Shown here piece by piece: positions 13,001 through 26,334 of a DNA stretch of 64,000 nt. Position 1 is the stretch's first letter. Every line of letters begins with the position of its first letter. The notes beneath the pieces are model-generated. The model worked only from the letters and a program-made list of their open reading frames with translations, made no database searches and was not told the origin of the DNA. This DNA comes from Mytilus trossulus (lineage: Eukaryota): assembly GCF_036588685.1 (NCBI RefSeq), contig NC_086376.1:35278001-35342000 (forward strand), written 5' to 3'. The position numbers were made by a program, and so were the translations under genes.

Positions 13001-13520
13001 TAAAATGATGCATATGAAACAGTTTGTGTATGATGAATAAGAGTCGGCTGTATCGTACGTTGTCGTTGGCATTGCATGATTCAAAGTTCTCGTGTCTCCT
13101 TTTCAAATGCCGCCTGCGTGTTGTTCAAATTGATTTGTAAAACAGTTTAATATGTACATGGACATTATCCTATTCCCATTGCCCATATTTTATTACTATT
13201 GACAGAACCTACGGTCTTGTGAGTACTAGTGATTCACTAGTGCCTACGGATATCATATGATGTGTGAAACGCGGCCAATGGAGTATCCAATATGGAGTAT
13301 TCTGCAGAATCGGAAATAGGAGGCAGGTGTCCCGCGCACCCTTTTTGGGGCTATATATGATCATTTATCAGTATGGTTAACGCATAGACTTTTTACATGT
13401 CCCACTCCAAACATAATCGATTTTGGTATTGTCATTATTTTAGGAGTATTTAACTAATATTAACGTCTTGGATATGAAATGATTCACTACCTTTTCAAAA
13501 GCTTTTCCCTTCTTCGGCAT
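10050..13520 (-). CDS. C15orf40: UPF0235/DUF167 (YggU family) protein, C15orf40 homolog
   Basis: Exons 13520-13491 ([10 protein letters not shown]), 11528-11420 (…[16 protein letters not shown]), 11253-11126 ([43 protein letters not shown]), 10139-10050 ([11 protein letters not shown]…DK*). All junctions are GT-AG and in phase. [14 protein letters not shown] and GxxSRxK are DUF167 signatures. Confidence 0.9.
11623..12075 (-). mobile_element. Family A retroelement fragment (in C15orf40-like intron)
   Basis: Aligns by eye to 5819-6275. Confidence 0.7.
12755..12960 (+). mobile_element. Decayed bivalve Meta-type SINE fragment
   Basis: TGCTGCTTCTCTGCCAAGCACGTAGCATT…GCAAAGACTGG…GACTGTTG…TAGCAC…AAGCGTGTTGG resembles the Meta-SINE body as I recall it. 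Confidence 0.45.
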
Positions 13521-14214
13521 TGTCTGTTTACATCGGCATGCACAATGTGATACAGTTTTAACTCGAAAGATCGCTCTGTGTAAGGATTGCATATAGTTAT
13601 ACATTTGTACTTTCACTTTCTCTTTTAATCAATATACATGTAGGTCAAGTAAACAAAATTTGAACCAGTAGTAGATTGGTAAAACGAATGACCGAAAAGC
13701 AAAATTATGAAAATAAAGAAGTACTTGCAAATTTAATTTTTAAATCATAGTGATGTCGACGAAAAGAAAAATTATAATGCAAAAGGATATGTGTAGTGCC
13801 CCCCCCCCTTTTTTTTTGGTTTAGGTATCATTGCATTTAGTAACCCAATGTTTATATGTTATAAAGGGAGTATTCCGCAATTAACAAACTTAATTTTTAT
13901 GCAGATAGTGTATAATAACAATATTATCTGAAAATGCTGGCTCTTTGGTTATGACCATATATATATATGCAAAATATTGCTTGATTAAAAATCATCATTG
14001 GAAATTGAAACCATATCTTTTAGATTTGTAGATTTAATCACAATTCTGTTTATTATAACATTTTAATTATTCAGTTATTATAACTTATATCACAACTTTA
14101 ACTTAGGTTATACGTGTTGTTATATAAGGATAATTTCGAATACCTGCATTGTAAATCTTTTATCCGAAATTGAGCCGGGATGATGTCACACTTCTTAGTT
14201 ATGGTTAGTTTATG

Positions 14215-14247
14215 TATGGAAGTAATGATTTAAATATTACTTCCATG
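14215..14247. mobile_element. 33-bp P-like mini-MITE
   Basis: TATGGAAGTAAT…ATTACTTCCATG inverted arms flanked by a 7-bp direct repeat GTTTATG. Confidence 0.55.
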
Positions 14248-14782
14248 GTTTATGCAAGTACTCAATGGTAGTTTTTTTCCTAAAGATCATATTCAACATT
14301 ACTTCGACGATTTAATTAGTTTTCTTTCTTTTGATTTTTCCTGAAATCTGTGTGCAATATATACAATCATTGTAACAAATATATTTTTGCACAAGCTTTG
14401 CAAATTACCTCAATTCATTTTTATTTTTATTATTATTATTACTAAATTGTATTCTAAATAAACTTCGAATATAGAATACATTCTGAGGGGGAACAAACAT
14501 CGACCTATATTTTGTTCAAAAGGTACTTTATATTAAAACTCTACAATCTCTACCATACAATTTTCACATCACTGAGTGCATGGGTTTAATGATCATAAAA
14601 TAAATTTGTAAATGAGTATATTTCACCATTTCTTTTGTTGAACCGAACTCGACGGTATATTCGAAAAGGGGAAGTTCATAAAAAGGGACGAAATCAAACG
14701 TTAACTAACGAAACAAGTGAAAACCAACTGTCATATTCCTGACTTGGTGCAGTAACTTTCCAAAGAACAATATGGGTTAAAC

Positions 14783-14829
14783 CATGGACAGTCTATATTT
14801 GTATACTAACTTAGTATAGACTGTCCCTG
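14783..14829. mobile_element. 47-bp P-like mini-MITE
   Basis: CATGGACAGTCTATA…TATAGACTGTCCCTG flanked by GTTAAAC/GTTTAAC. Confidence 0.5.
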
Positions 14830-16419
14830 GTTTAACCTTGTTATATATCATATGTAAGTCCATTGTGAGACAGTTTTCTTTAAAAACATTAAAATAATCT
14901 CAAGTATCAAAGATCATCAAACAATGCACACTTACAAAAACAAACCTGACACTTATTCTGTTTTCAAAAAGAGAAGTATATAGATATCATTGATTATAAA
15001 AAAACAGTCCGGTCTGTATATGAAATGTGGCTAAAAATCACTGCTTAGTCAGAAATTCAAAAACATGCGTAGATAGGTCTGAGTGCTTTCAGTGTTATGA
15101 TTGACAAATCTGAGGATGGACGCCACTCCTCAATCAAATGCCCATTTTATAATAATTAGCGATGAACTCTTTCAGAATATTTCTAGCACTTTGAAAATGT
15201 AGATGATTTTTTCAAATTGTTAGCAAAAGAAAATCTTTACTTTTATGGGGAAAATGGTAATTTTACAGGTAGTTCTTTTGACATCAGAAGAACAATTCTT
15301 AATACTGTTCATTTAATATGAATAATGTGTTTAATGTATGTTTTGGTGTGTTTTTCTGTTTGGTTGGGTGCGGGGGTTTGATTCTGACTGAGACTTAGTG
15401 TGATATTCATGTTACATTATCATGACTTATTGTTGACTTAATTACTTCAATCATTGTATCTGATATATATGATCTTTACGGACCCTAAAATCTAGAAAAA
15501 TCAAATATTCTTAGTATTCAGATATATACTGGTGGAGTCGTTGCTAACTGTTTCTTTGACAGCTGTCTAAGATTATCTTTACAATGCCAGTTTATTGAAA
15601 TTATCAAATTAATTACAGAAATGGACTTAAGTGTAAGTAGGACCTGGGACTATTATAAATGTACCAAAGGGACAGAAATTAACTTTTTCCTTGTTTGAAA
15701 CATTCCAATAGGGAACATATATAACATCAAAATCTGACAATCAGAGCTTTTTTTATTATTATCATAACGCTGTCATAATTATTTTTCGAAAGCACTTTAT
15801 CTATTTTATTATCAAAATCTTGTGCAATACTACAGAAAACATAAAGAGCTGCGCTATAAGCGCATGATACTCCCGTTGCCCTTTTAGCTTATATGCTTTA
15901 AATGATTTATTTTTGTACATTAATTAGGCTGTTAGTTTTCTCATTTGAATTGTTTTACATTTGTCGTTTCGTGGTCTTTTATATATAGCTGACTGTGCAG
16001 TGTGGGCTATACGATGACCTATAGTTGTTAATTTCTGTGTCACTTCGTCTCTTTTGGAGAGTTGTCTCATTGGCAATCACACCATGCACACATTCTTTTT
16101 TATATTATATGATCAATTTGAAATACTGTGAGTCCTGTCAAATATGTTTAATCATTTTAAAAATGTACAAAGTGGTAACCCTTTGACACAAAACATGAAC
16201 AATTTTGCACTTTTCATGGCTACCTGAAAAAACGTAAAATCTGAAATTTATAAAAATCGAAAGGGAGCTTACGTTAATAGATAAACAATTCAACAAAGTT
16301 TCATAAAAGTTGGTGGCATCGTTTAACTTTTTTAGTAATTGTCCGAAGTGTGAACATATTTAAAGACATAAGACATAAGACATTCATAAGACAATAAGGC
16401 AAAAGACACAAGACATTTT

Positions 16420-16720
16420 TACTAAGGCAACGGAATTTACATAAATACAATCCGCTTAGATCAGATGGTAACAACGATAAATATCTCTCAAAAAAAAATT
16501 CATATATTCTGTAATTAATCAGATTTAATATAGCAATTATTTGATCATCCCACATCAAATTAAATCCACATTCATATAAAGTATTTTTAATTTCTAACCA
16601 CCATTTAGAGTGGTCAATACCCCTTATACTAAGCTGATACAATATAGAATACAGTGTATATGATTTTTGCACCATATAACAAATTAGGTACAACTATTGT
16701 ATCAAATAGCTCTTGTTGCA
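16420..16720 (-). mobile_element. Decayed LINE ORF2 C-terminal fragment
   Basis: KWWLEIKNTLYECGFNLMWDDQ…FERYLSLLP…LCKFRCLS resembles the post-RT region of non-LTR ORF2 proteins. Confidence 0.5.
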
Positions 16721-16952
16721 TATCAATTGTTCAATTCAACTTCATAGCCTTTCTTAAGACTATAAACATGGCTTCTCGGAAAGCGGACCAACAATGGATA
16801 TACCATAATAAAACGGGTAATGTTGGTTACTATTTAGGACGTTAATTTATGGTATTTCGTCAGATTTTTCGTCTTTATCTTTTAAACGTTTTAAAATGAC
16901 TGGTTTGAAGCTCATATTGCAAAATGTAAATCGACATTGAAGAAAATTAAAA

Positions 16953-19900
16953 ATGAGAAAAATAACTAACAAAATCTCGAAAATTCGGTAATACCTTTTG
17001 ACAGATACCACTTAGGCTCCCTCTTAATCATCCCCTATTTTGTTGTACATGTATGTATTTTCGGTTTTCTAGAAACGGAAAATATACCCAGATGAGCAGA
17101 CACCCAGGCAAAGATGACATAATTTCAAATGAGATGCATACCTGCCAACTGTAACTATTTGCGAGGGATTTCCCCCATGGAAGCTCCCAAATGGAAATTT
17201 TGAAAGAGCAATTTTGCCCACAATTTTAAACACAATGGTTTATTTTACAAAGACTACAGGCTTTAAAAGGTATGAAGAAGCAAAAAACAACACTTTATAG
17301 ATGCATTTGAAACCCCCTTTGATGGTTTTTTTAGGACTGTAAGAGCCATCATGTCTTATTGGAAATAGGGCCCTTCACGGTTAGTTCGGCCATATTGGAT
17401 AGGGGGCAGATTTTTATAATGGAGGTAAAATGGTGTGGAAAATATTGGAAAACATCATTAAAACAATTAGCCAAACTGACTGGAAGAGCCCTATTATTTT
17501 GATTTTATGATTTAATTGCACTACTTGAAAATGATAGCACATAATCAGCAGAAAAATAAAATCCCCCAAAAAAGAGGCATAAAAGTTACAAGCCTATTTG
17601 AGTACCTTCTACTATATACAAACTTTAGCAGAGTGATAATGCTGATACACTTGGATGAACAATAATGAATGATTGATTTTGGTGTTTTAACACACCTTTT
17701 AAGCATTGCAATTAGGCTAGTTTATTGATGGAGGAAGCTGAGGTCCCATAAAAAACCCACAGACCTTTGATAGGAAATGAACAATAATGAAAAATATATC
17801 AAGAATATGGTAACAATAGATATAGGAAGATGCGGTGTGAGTGCCAATGAGACAACTCTCCATCCAAATAACAATTTAAAAATTAAACCATTATAGGTTA
17901 AAGTACGGCCTTCAACACGGAGCCTTGGCTCACACCGAACAACAAGCTATAAAGGGCCCCAAAATTACTAGTGTAAAACCATTCAAACGGGAAAACCAAC
18001 GGTCTAATCTATATAAACAAAACGAGAAACGAGAAACACGTATATATTACATAAACAAACGACAACTACTGTACATCAGATTCCTGACTTAGGACAGGTG
18101 CAAACATTTGCAGCGGGATTAAACGTTTTAATGGGCCCAAACCTTCTCCCTTTTTCTGAAACAATAGCATAACATCACAACATAATACATACATTTGTAA
18201 AACAATATAGATAAAATTGCATACCATTATTAGCTGTCTTGCGATAAAAGTCATGCAAAATTACAATTAGAAATATACTTGCACTTGCTTATTTGTGTAA
18301 ATCAATTGCTTTCTCATTGCCTTATAACCCTTATGATTATGCCCTTGATTTGGATAGACTCAATGTGTTTGTTAATTTTTTTGTTTTTTCAAATGCATTT
18401 TGTAAATGTGAAACAATGGGTTTGTAAACTCACTACTCACATTTTTGTTTACTTAAGCCATACCTAGTGATCCTACATTCCGTTGTCACTACCGGCAGCC
18501 ACAAATATTCACTCTGTGGTTTAAGTTTTTGAAATCTTAAAGACATTCTCAAACTTACTAAGCTAAAGATTTATACCAAACTTGGACAGAAGTTTGTTAA
18601 TGGGCATAAGACATGTAAGATAGTATTCAGAGCTAAATTTTGTTAAAAAAATATCCATATATTAATGGGTTTAGTTTTCCTGCCAGATAACATTACATAC
18701 AGTCAATGACAGTCTGAAATGAGTTCACACTTATAAAACATTTATTAGATTCATAAACCTTTCTGTTTTTTTGCCAAATTTGAACAGAAACTTCTTGCAA
18801 TAAAAAAAAATAAAACTATCAAGTTGAAAATTTGCAATAATTTTTCTCCATTTTTGTTGAGCCAGAAAAAGTAGGCAAGACATTGGCATGACTGGTTCTG
18901 CGGAACCCTTACAATTTTTTTTAATAACTTAACCAAGCTGTATATTTGTACCCAGTTATTTTAAATTAAAATTGTTGAATATAGATAGGAGTTAATTACA
19001 ATTGTTTATTTATTATAGTAGTTGTTGTTTTGTGTATTTACAGAGTGAGTTCAGTTCTAAACAGGGATACTAAACAGTTTGGTAAAAAGTATTTGGTAGA
19101 TGAAGAGGATGATACATGTTGGAATTCAGATCAGGTACAATTTTATAATGTAGACATGGTAGTCAGATTCATGTTAACATTAGTATGGTTTAAATTTCAG
19201 GAACATCTTCCAGGTATACTTATTGGTTGTATTTTCATATTCGTAAATATATTTTTTAATTTCTGATGGTATTAAAATGTGCTATTAATTTTTATTTTGA
19301 AAAGCTGACATGATTTCATTGTTTTAACAATATAGAAAAAAAAATGTGAAATAAAGAAACTATAGGTCACTATACAACCTTCAACAATGAACAAAACCTA
19401 TACTGCACTTCAGTTTTCATGTCATATACATTTGTAGTTTTTGTATTATTTGGACTTTACTATCCCAAACTGATATACAAATTGAAAAAGTTCTTAACCA
19501 CACAGCTTAGTTTTGAACCAAGTTAAGTTTAAACTGGCAAGTTGAATCGCAAATCCAAAATAGACAATATTTATTATCACAAACACATTTATATTAAATG
19601 ATTAAGGTATGCAGTATACTTGTAGTTAAAGAAAGAAATTCAATATATAAATTGTATAGCATGTAAATTGATAAATCAGAAAACCATCTGAGTAGCACTT
19701 AAGGGGGCTCACATGATCTAAATCATTTTTAATTTAATATAAGATTTCCCTATTTTTTTCTATAAATGAACTTTATCTTATACCTAATAGAAAAATAAAA
19801 TAAAAAAGAGGGGTCACCGATCATTTACGCTCACAATTTGTCTTCGAAAAAAGCATACATTTTTGTAAAGGTACTTTTTTTCTGTTGAACTAATAGGAGA

Positions 19901-22174
19901 AAAAGAGGTAATATCAAAATAAAAAAGAACTTAATTACAGAAATCGCTTAAATTTTAAAATTATTTAGTCAATGTATAGCTAAGGCGAAAACAATGATAA
20001 AAAATATAGGTCACTGATGAGTAAAAAAAGATATTTCAATTTTAATGCCAAAAAATAGCATTTTTGCACCAAAGGGAGATAATTTAGAGCTTTTTCAATG
20101 ATATATACATTTTCAAAGTCATCTGGGGCCAAACTGAATCGATTTTTTGGGTTAATTTTTGTATCATATTATGCAGAAATAACTAATAGTTTAATAAATA
20201 AAATTTGTTATGAGAAAACAAATGTTTATTTTTTGCTGAAATTTTTGTCTCCATAATAAGAAATCTTTCCATTTAAGTTTAGTAAGATGCCTAAAAAAAT
20301 CTGTTCTATCAAGTTTGATAAGTTTTGTGATTGTTGGTTCATTGGAGAATTAATCTAAAATTGAACCAACAAATTATTAAATTTAACATGTTTAAGAAAC
20401 AACATTAAACAGAGCCAATAATGAAACAAAAATATAAAACGGACAACTGCTGTAAAGTGAAGGAAAACATTCAGACTAGTTCTTTGACCTATAAATTGAG
20501 TTAGAAATCAGTTAAATGAAAAGTGCTTGTTAGGATGCTGTATTTCCTTTGTGTTAATATTAGTTTACAATTGTAATACCTTATTTTTATTTATTTTTTA
20601 TTTATGGAATTTTATAGTGATCATTTATTGTTATCATGTTTATTACACATTTATGTAATTTAATTTGTATATTCAGGGATCACCACAGTGGATAGCAGTT
20701 GAGTTTGATCAAGAAGAGATTATTACAGAAATCAGAATTAAATTTCAAGGAGGCTTTGCTGGACGAAAATGTTGTGCAGAATCATTAGACACATCAGAAA
20801 AAATAATAGAATTTTATCCAGATGATGTAAACTCATTACAAATATCCTTTTGTTATATATCATAAATTCTCAAGACACAACACTGCCATCCCACCTTGCA
20901 TATTCTACCTTATGTTGAATAATTTCGTTGTTCTGAAAATGCATGAAATAATTGACTCTGGATGCAATCAAACAACAATTAACCTAAATAATGAAAAGAA
21001 TTTCTGATGATTTCTTTTACCAGTGTCTACAAAAATGATTTAGACAAAGTTGCAATTGTTTATTACTTGGCAAAGTAGATATACACTAAAATTAATGCAA
21101 AATTTTAGTGTTGGTATGCTATATGGTACACTATTTGTCTCACATTTACCAAAATTAGTTTGATGTTGCCCCCTAGGATAGGAACACCCCAATTTATTTT
21201 TAAGAAGCTTGACCAAAGATCTGTGTCATACATTGCAGCTTCAATTTATTAATTGAAACTGAAACAACACTTGGTTTGCAGATGATTTTCTTTAATCCTT
21301 TTGTGTCAAAAACTCACCTTACTTAATTTGAGAATGCTAATTTGAAAGAAAAAGATCCCAATTGATTTTGGACCAGCAGGTTAAAGGCAAAGATAAATTA
21401 ATAAATGTATCTATAAAGTGACTGAAAATTATAGAAAAGTTTTGTTTTGGAACAGTAACATTGTAGATTAAGTATTAATCAGATTTTTACCAATCTTTGT
21501 CAAGTAAGTCACTTTGGGGATAAAAAGCAACCAACTCATTTTATTAATCACACCTTGAAAGGAAGATTTTATTAATTTTTGGTTTTATCAATTATATGAA
21601 ATATATTGCCAGTAGACATCAGTCTTCCCCACTAAATTCTTCATCTGCCTTAAAAACAGTGCCAAACACAAACTTATTCTTTATCTTCTAAATTCAAGAA
21701 GATAGTAATTTTGTTGATATAACCGGGTTTATAGTGCTTCTACATCTTTTAATTTGCTGCAAAGATAATAATACAAATGTCTTTTTTACATGTAAGGGAG
21801 CTACCATTTAATCTTAATGTTAGCGGGGCAGTTATGTTTTTTGTTTGAGTTTTAAATTGGCACACCGTTTTTCAATGCTATCAATGTCCCTTAAGCGGAT
21901 TGATTTATGCACACAAATAAATTTATACGGATTTTCTATGTATTAAAGGTGTTTTGTGGGGTCAAATTTATTAACTGTATGTGTATTTAGAGAGGTTTCC
22001 ACAAACTCTTTTTATATTATTTGAAATTAATCATAACTTTACCTTAACTAATGGTACAGCTTTAAACTAGATAAACCTCAGCCTGTGAAAAAAATAAAAG
22101 TGATATTCAACAATAGCACAGACTTCTTTGGTAGAATAACTATATACCAGTTTGATATTTTAGGAGAAGGATAA
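16953..22174 (+). CDS. NR2C2AP: Nuclear receptor 2C2-associated protein (TRA16; discoidin/F5-8 type C-like fold)
   Basis: Exons 16953-16987 (MRKITNKISKIR, tentative), 19044-19134 (VSSVLNRDTKQFGKKYL…TCWNSDQ), 20677-20841 (GSPQWI…FQGGFAG…FYPDDVNSLQ), 22058-22174 (SFKL…IFNNSTDFFGRITIYQFDILGEG*). The motifs VSSVLNR, CWNSDQG, FQGGF and STDFFGR match NR2C2AP as I recall it. Confidence 0.9.
17826..18185. repeat. High-copy dispersed repeat family (GATGTGGTATGATTGCCAATGAGACAACT end)
   Basis: Related copies at ~12163-12228, 15920-16100 (rev), 22918-22995, 32950-33216 (rev), 43015-43190, 48520-48660 (rev) and 63140-63212 (rev). Confidence 0.75.
20842..22057 (+). other. U12-type (minor spliceosome) AT-AC intron in NR2C2AP
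   Basis: 5' splice site ATATCCTTT at 20842, branch site TTTACCTTAAC at 22038-22048, 3' AC at 22056-22057. Of the junctions tested, only this one keeps the conserved frame. Confidence 0.9.
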
Positions 22175-22409
22175 TAAAATTGTTGTAATGTTTAATGATT
22201 TTAGCTTATTTTTATTGCATTGGAGCTTTAATGGAAAAGCTGGCCATCAAGCAATCTTGAGACATATACTTTTAGTTCAAGCTACTGTGATACATGGCCT
22301 TTGGGCTAGCATGTTTTGTTTTTTCGAAAAATAACAGATATTTATTTGAATAATGAGGTTTTAGAAAGAAAATCAAATGTGCATATGATCTATAAACGAC
22401 TTTCCCAAG

Positions 22410-24500
22410 TGTGACTGTTTAATGGTGAGTCATTAATAATATTTGTGATTGTCAGGTTGAGGGGACCTATTAATGGTGAGTCTTTCATAAAATTTGTGAT
22501 TGTCAGTTTTAGGGGAACCATTAATGGTGAGTTATAATTGATAAAGTTTGTAGTTTTGTTAGTTTGATAGAAACCATTCATGATGAGTCTGATAAAGTTT
22601 GTGATAATGTCAATTTGAGGGAAACTTTTAATGGTGAGTCATAATTGATTAAGTTTGGGATTATGTCCGTTTAAAGGAAACACTCAATGGTGAATCATTG
22701 ATAAAGTTTTGGATTATGTCAGTTTGAGGGAAACACTTAATGGTAAGTCATTGATTCATTGATAAATTTGGGATTATGTACGTTGTATGAAACACTCAAT
22801 GGTGAATCATTGATAAAGCATGTAACTATGTCAGTGTGAAAGGAACCATTAATAGTGGATCATTGATAAAGTTTGGGATTATGTCAGTTTGAGGAAAACT
22901 CTTAATGGTAATTTAAAAAAAGAAGATGTGGTATGATTGCCAATGAGACAACTATCCACAAAAGACCAAAATGACACAGACATTAACAACTATTTATATA
23001 AGTCATTTTTGAAATCTGTGATTATGTCAGTTTGAGGGTAACCAATAATGGTGAATTATTGGTAAAGTTTGGGATTATGTCATTTCGAGGGGAACTCAAG
23101 CGCTTAATGGTGAATCATTGCTAAAGTTTGTGATAATGTCAGTTTTAGGGGAACTATTAATGGTGAGCCATTGATAAAGTTTGTTGTAATGTCTGTTTAA
23201 CAGTTTAAGGGGAACAATAAATGTTGTCGGAGCCATAAATAAAGTGTGTTATTATGTCAGTTTGATAGGAACACTAAAATTGTGAATCATTGATAAAGGT
23301 TGGAAATATGTAAGTTTTAGGGGAACCATTAATGGTGAATCATTGATGAAATAAAGGAAAATGTCAGTTGAATGGTGAATCATTGATAAGGTTTATGATT
23401 TTGTCAGTTTGAGGGGAACCATTAATGGTAAGTCATTGATACAATTTGTGATTTTGTCAGTTAAAGAGGACTCTCAATGGTGAATCATTGATAATGTTTG
23501 GGATTATGTCAGTTTGAGAGGAACCATTAATGTTGAATAATTCATAACGTGTGTTACTATGTCAGTTTAAGAGATACACTCAATTGTAAATCATTGATAC
23601 AGTTTGTGATAATATCAGTTTCAGAGATACACTCAATGGTGAATCATTGATACAGTTTGTGATAATATCAGTTTCAGAGATACACTCAATGGTGAATCAT
23701 TGATACAGTTTGTGATAATATCAGTTTCAGAGATACACTCAATGGTGAATCATTGATACAATTTGTGATAATATCAGTTTCAGAGATACACTCAATGGTG
23801 AATCATTGATACAGTTTGTGATAATATCAGTTTCAGAGATACACTCAATGGTGAATCATTGATACAGTTTGTGATAATATCAGTTTCAGAGATACACTCA
23901 ATGGTGAATCATTGATACAGTTTGTGATAATATCAGTTTCAGAGATACACTCAATGGTGAATCATTGATACAATTTGTGATAATATCAGTTTCAGAGATA
24001 CACTCAATGGTGAATCATTGATACAATTTGTTATTATGTCAGTTTGAGAGATACAATAAATGGTGAATCATTGATAAAGTTTTTGAATATGTCAGTTTGA
24101 GGGGAACCATTAATGGTAAGTCAGTGATAAAGTTTGGGATTACGTCAGTTTGAGCGGAACTCTTAATGGTAAGTCATTGATAAAAATTATGATTATGCCA
24201 GTTTGAGGGGAACCATTAATGATGGTAAGTCATTGATTAAATTTGTGATTTTGTCAGATTGAGGGGAACCATTAATGGTAAGTCATTGATAGAGTTTAGG
24301 ATTATGTCAGTTTGAGGTGAACCATTAATGGTAAGTCATTGATAAAATTTGGGGTTTTGTCAGTTTGAGGGGAACCATTAATGGTAAGTCATTGATAAAG
24401 TTTGGGATTATGTCAGTTATAAAAGGGGAACTATTTATGGTAAGTCATTGATAACATTTGGGATTTTGTCAGTTTGAGATGAACCATTAATGGTAAGTCA
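22410..24500. repeat. 53-bp tandem satellite A (~40 units; resumes at 26333-26395)
   Basis: Consensus ~AATGGTGAATCATTGATAAAGTTTGGGATTATGTCAGTTTGAGGGGAACCATT. The near-perfect core at 23580-24020 has period 53. Confidence 0.95.
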
Positions 24501-26334
24501 TTATACGACCGCAAAATTTGAAAAATTTCGTCGTATATTGCTATCACGTTGGCGTCGTCGTCTGCGTCGTCGTCGTCCGAATACTTTTAGTTTTCGCACT
24601 CTAACTTTAGTGAAAGGAAATAGAAATCTATGAAATTTTAACACAAGGTTTATGACCACAAAAGGAAGGTTGGGATTGATTTTGGGAGTTTTGGTTCTAA
24701 CAGTTTAGAAATTAGGGGCCAAAAAGGGGTCCAAATAAGCATTTTTCTTGGTTTTTAAGTAAATAGAAATCAATTGGAGTTATCTTTCTTTGTATAGAAT
24801 AGTAGTTGAATCAACTTTTTTGCACCATAACTTTAGTATTAGTGAATGGAAATCTATGAAATTTAATCAGAAGGTGTATGACCACAAAAGGAAGATTGGT
24901 ATTGATTTTGGGAGTTTTGGTCCTTACAGTTTAGGAATTAGGGGCCAAAAAGGGGTCCAAATAAGCATTTTTGGTTTTCGTACCATAACTTCTGTATAAA
25001 TAAATAGAAATATATGAAATTTAAACACAAGGTTTATGACCATAAAAGGAAGGTTGGTATTGATTTTTGAAGTTTTGGTCCTAACAGTATAGGAATAAGG
25101 AGCCACAAGGATCTAAAATTAAATTTTGTTTGATTTCATCAAAAATTGAATAATTGGAGTTCTTTGATATGCCGAATCTAACTGTGTATGTAGATTCTTA
25201 ATTTTTGGTCTCGTTTTCAAATTGGTCTACATTAAGGTCCAAAGGGTCCAAAATTAAACTTAGTTTGATTTTGACAAAAATTGAATACTTGGGGTTCCTG
25301 AATCTAAAAATGAACTTAGATTTTTGATTATTGGCCCAGTTTTCAAGTTGGTCCAAATAAGGGTCGAAAATCAAACTTTGTTCGATTTTATCAAAAATTG
25401 AATAAATGGGGTTTCTTTGATATGCCAAATCTAACTGTGTATGTAGATTATTGATTTTTGGTCCTGTTTTCAAATTGGTCTACATTAAAGTCCAAAGGGT
25501 CCAAAATTAAACTTAGTTTGATTTTAACAAAAATTGAATTCTTGGGGTTCTTTGATATGCTGAATCCAAACATGTACTTAGATTTTTGATTATGGGCCCA
25601 GTTTTCAAGTTGGTCCAAATCAGGATCTAAAATTATTATATTAAGTATTTTGCAATAGCAAGATATCTTCAATTGCACAGTATTGTGCAATAGCAAGTAT
25701 TTTCAATTGCACAGTATTGTGCAATAGCAAGAAATATCTAATTGCACAATATTGTGCATTAGCAAGAATTTCAATTGGAGTTATCTTTCTTTGTCAAGAA
25801 TAGGTAGTTGAATCAACTAAAATCATTGTGTTTTTTTTATACAATATACAATGTATATTCACTTTTACTACCAACTGATAAATTAAGACAATCTTTACCA
25901 TTCAGTGATAACAAGCACATTTTTACATTTTAATATTTTATGATGTATTTAAATGAGTTATTATTGTTGCAAACTCCATTAGAAATTTGAATTGTGATTA
26001 TTTATGGAATAAATGATAGGGGGATGTGAAAAAAAATGGGGGGGATTCAATTTTTCTCATTTGAAATTTCGTAAATAAAAAGAAATTTCTTCAACCATTT
26101 TTTTGAGAGGATTAATATTCAACAGCATAGTGAACTGCTCAAAGGCAAAAAAAATATTTTAAGTTCATTAGACCACATTCATTCTGTGTCAGAAACCTAT
26201 GCTGTGTCAACTATTTAATCACAATCCAAATTTAGAGCTGTATCCAGCTTGAATGTTGTGTCCATACTTGCCCCAACCGTTCAGGGTTCAACCTCTGCGG
26301 TCGTATAAAGCTGCGCCCTGCGGAGCATCTCGTT
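24501..26334 (+). mobile_element. Helentron-associated non-autonomous element (HINE, DINE-1/pearl-like) inserted in satellite A
   Basis: TTATACGACCGC (24501-24512) is inverted to GCGGTCGTATAA (26297-26308). Also a 3' hairpin GCTGCGC-CCT-GCGGAGC, a (GTC)n microsatellite at 24553-24577 and internal tandem repeats. Inserted at TT of the satellite unit (AAGTCATT|GATAAA). Confidence 0.82.

Noticed and set aside
16768-16816. Alternative NR2C2AP first exon MASRKADQQWIYHNKT
   Set aside because: Its phase-1 donor does not fit the first acceptor at 19043 and would lose the Arg of RVSSVLNR. 16953-16987 fits better, although this segment could be a 5'UTR or alternative exon.
24790-25696. ORFs within HINEs, MITEs and satellites (also 28557-28835, 29532-29756, 35650-35916, 58222-60898)
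   Set aside because: They are translations of repeated non-coding units with no transposase or helicase motifs.
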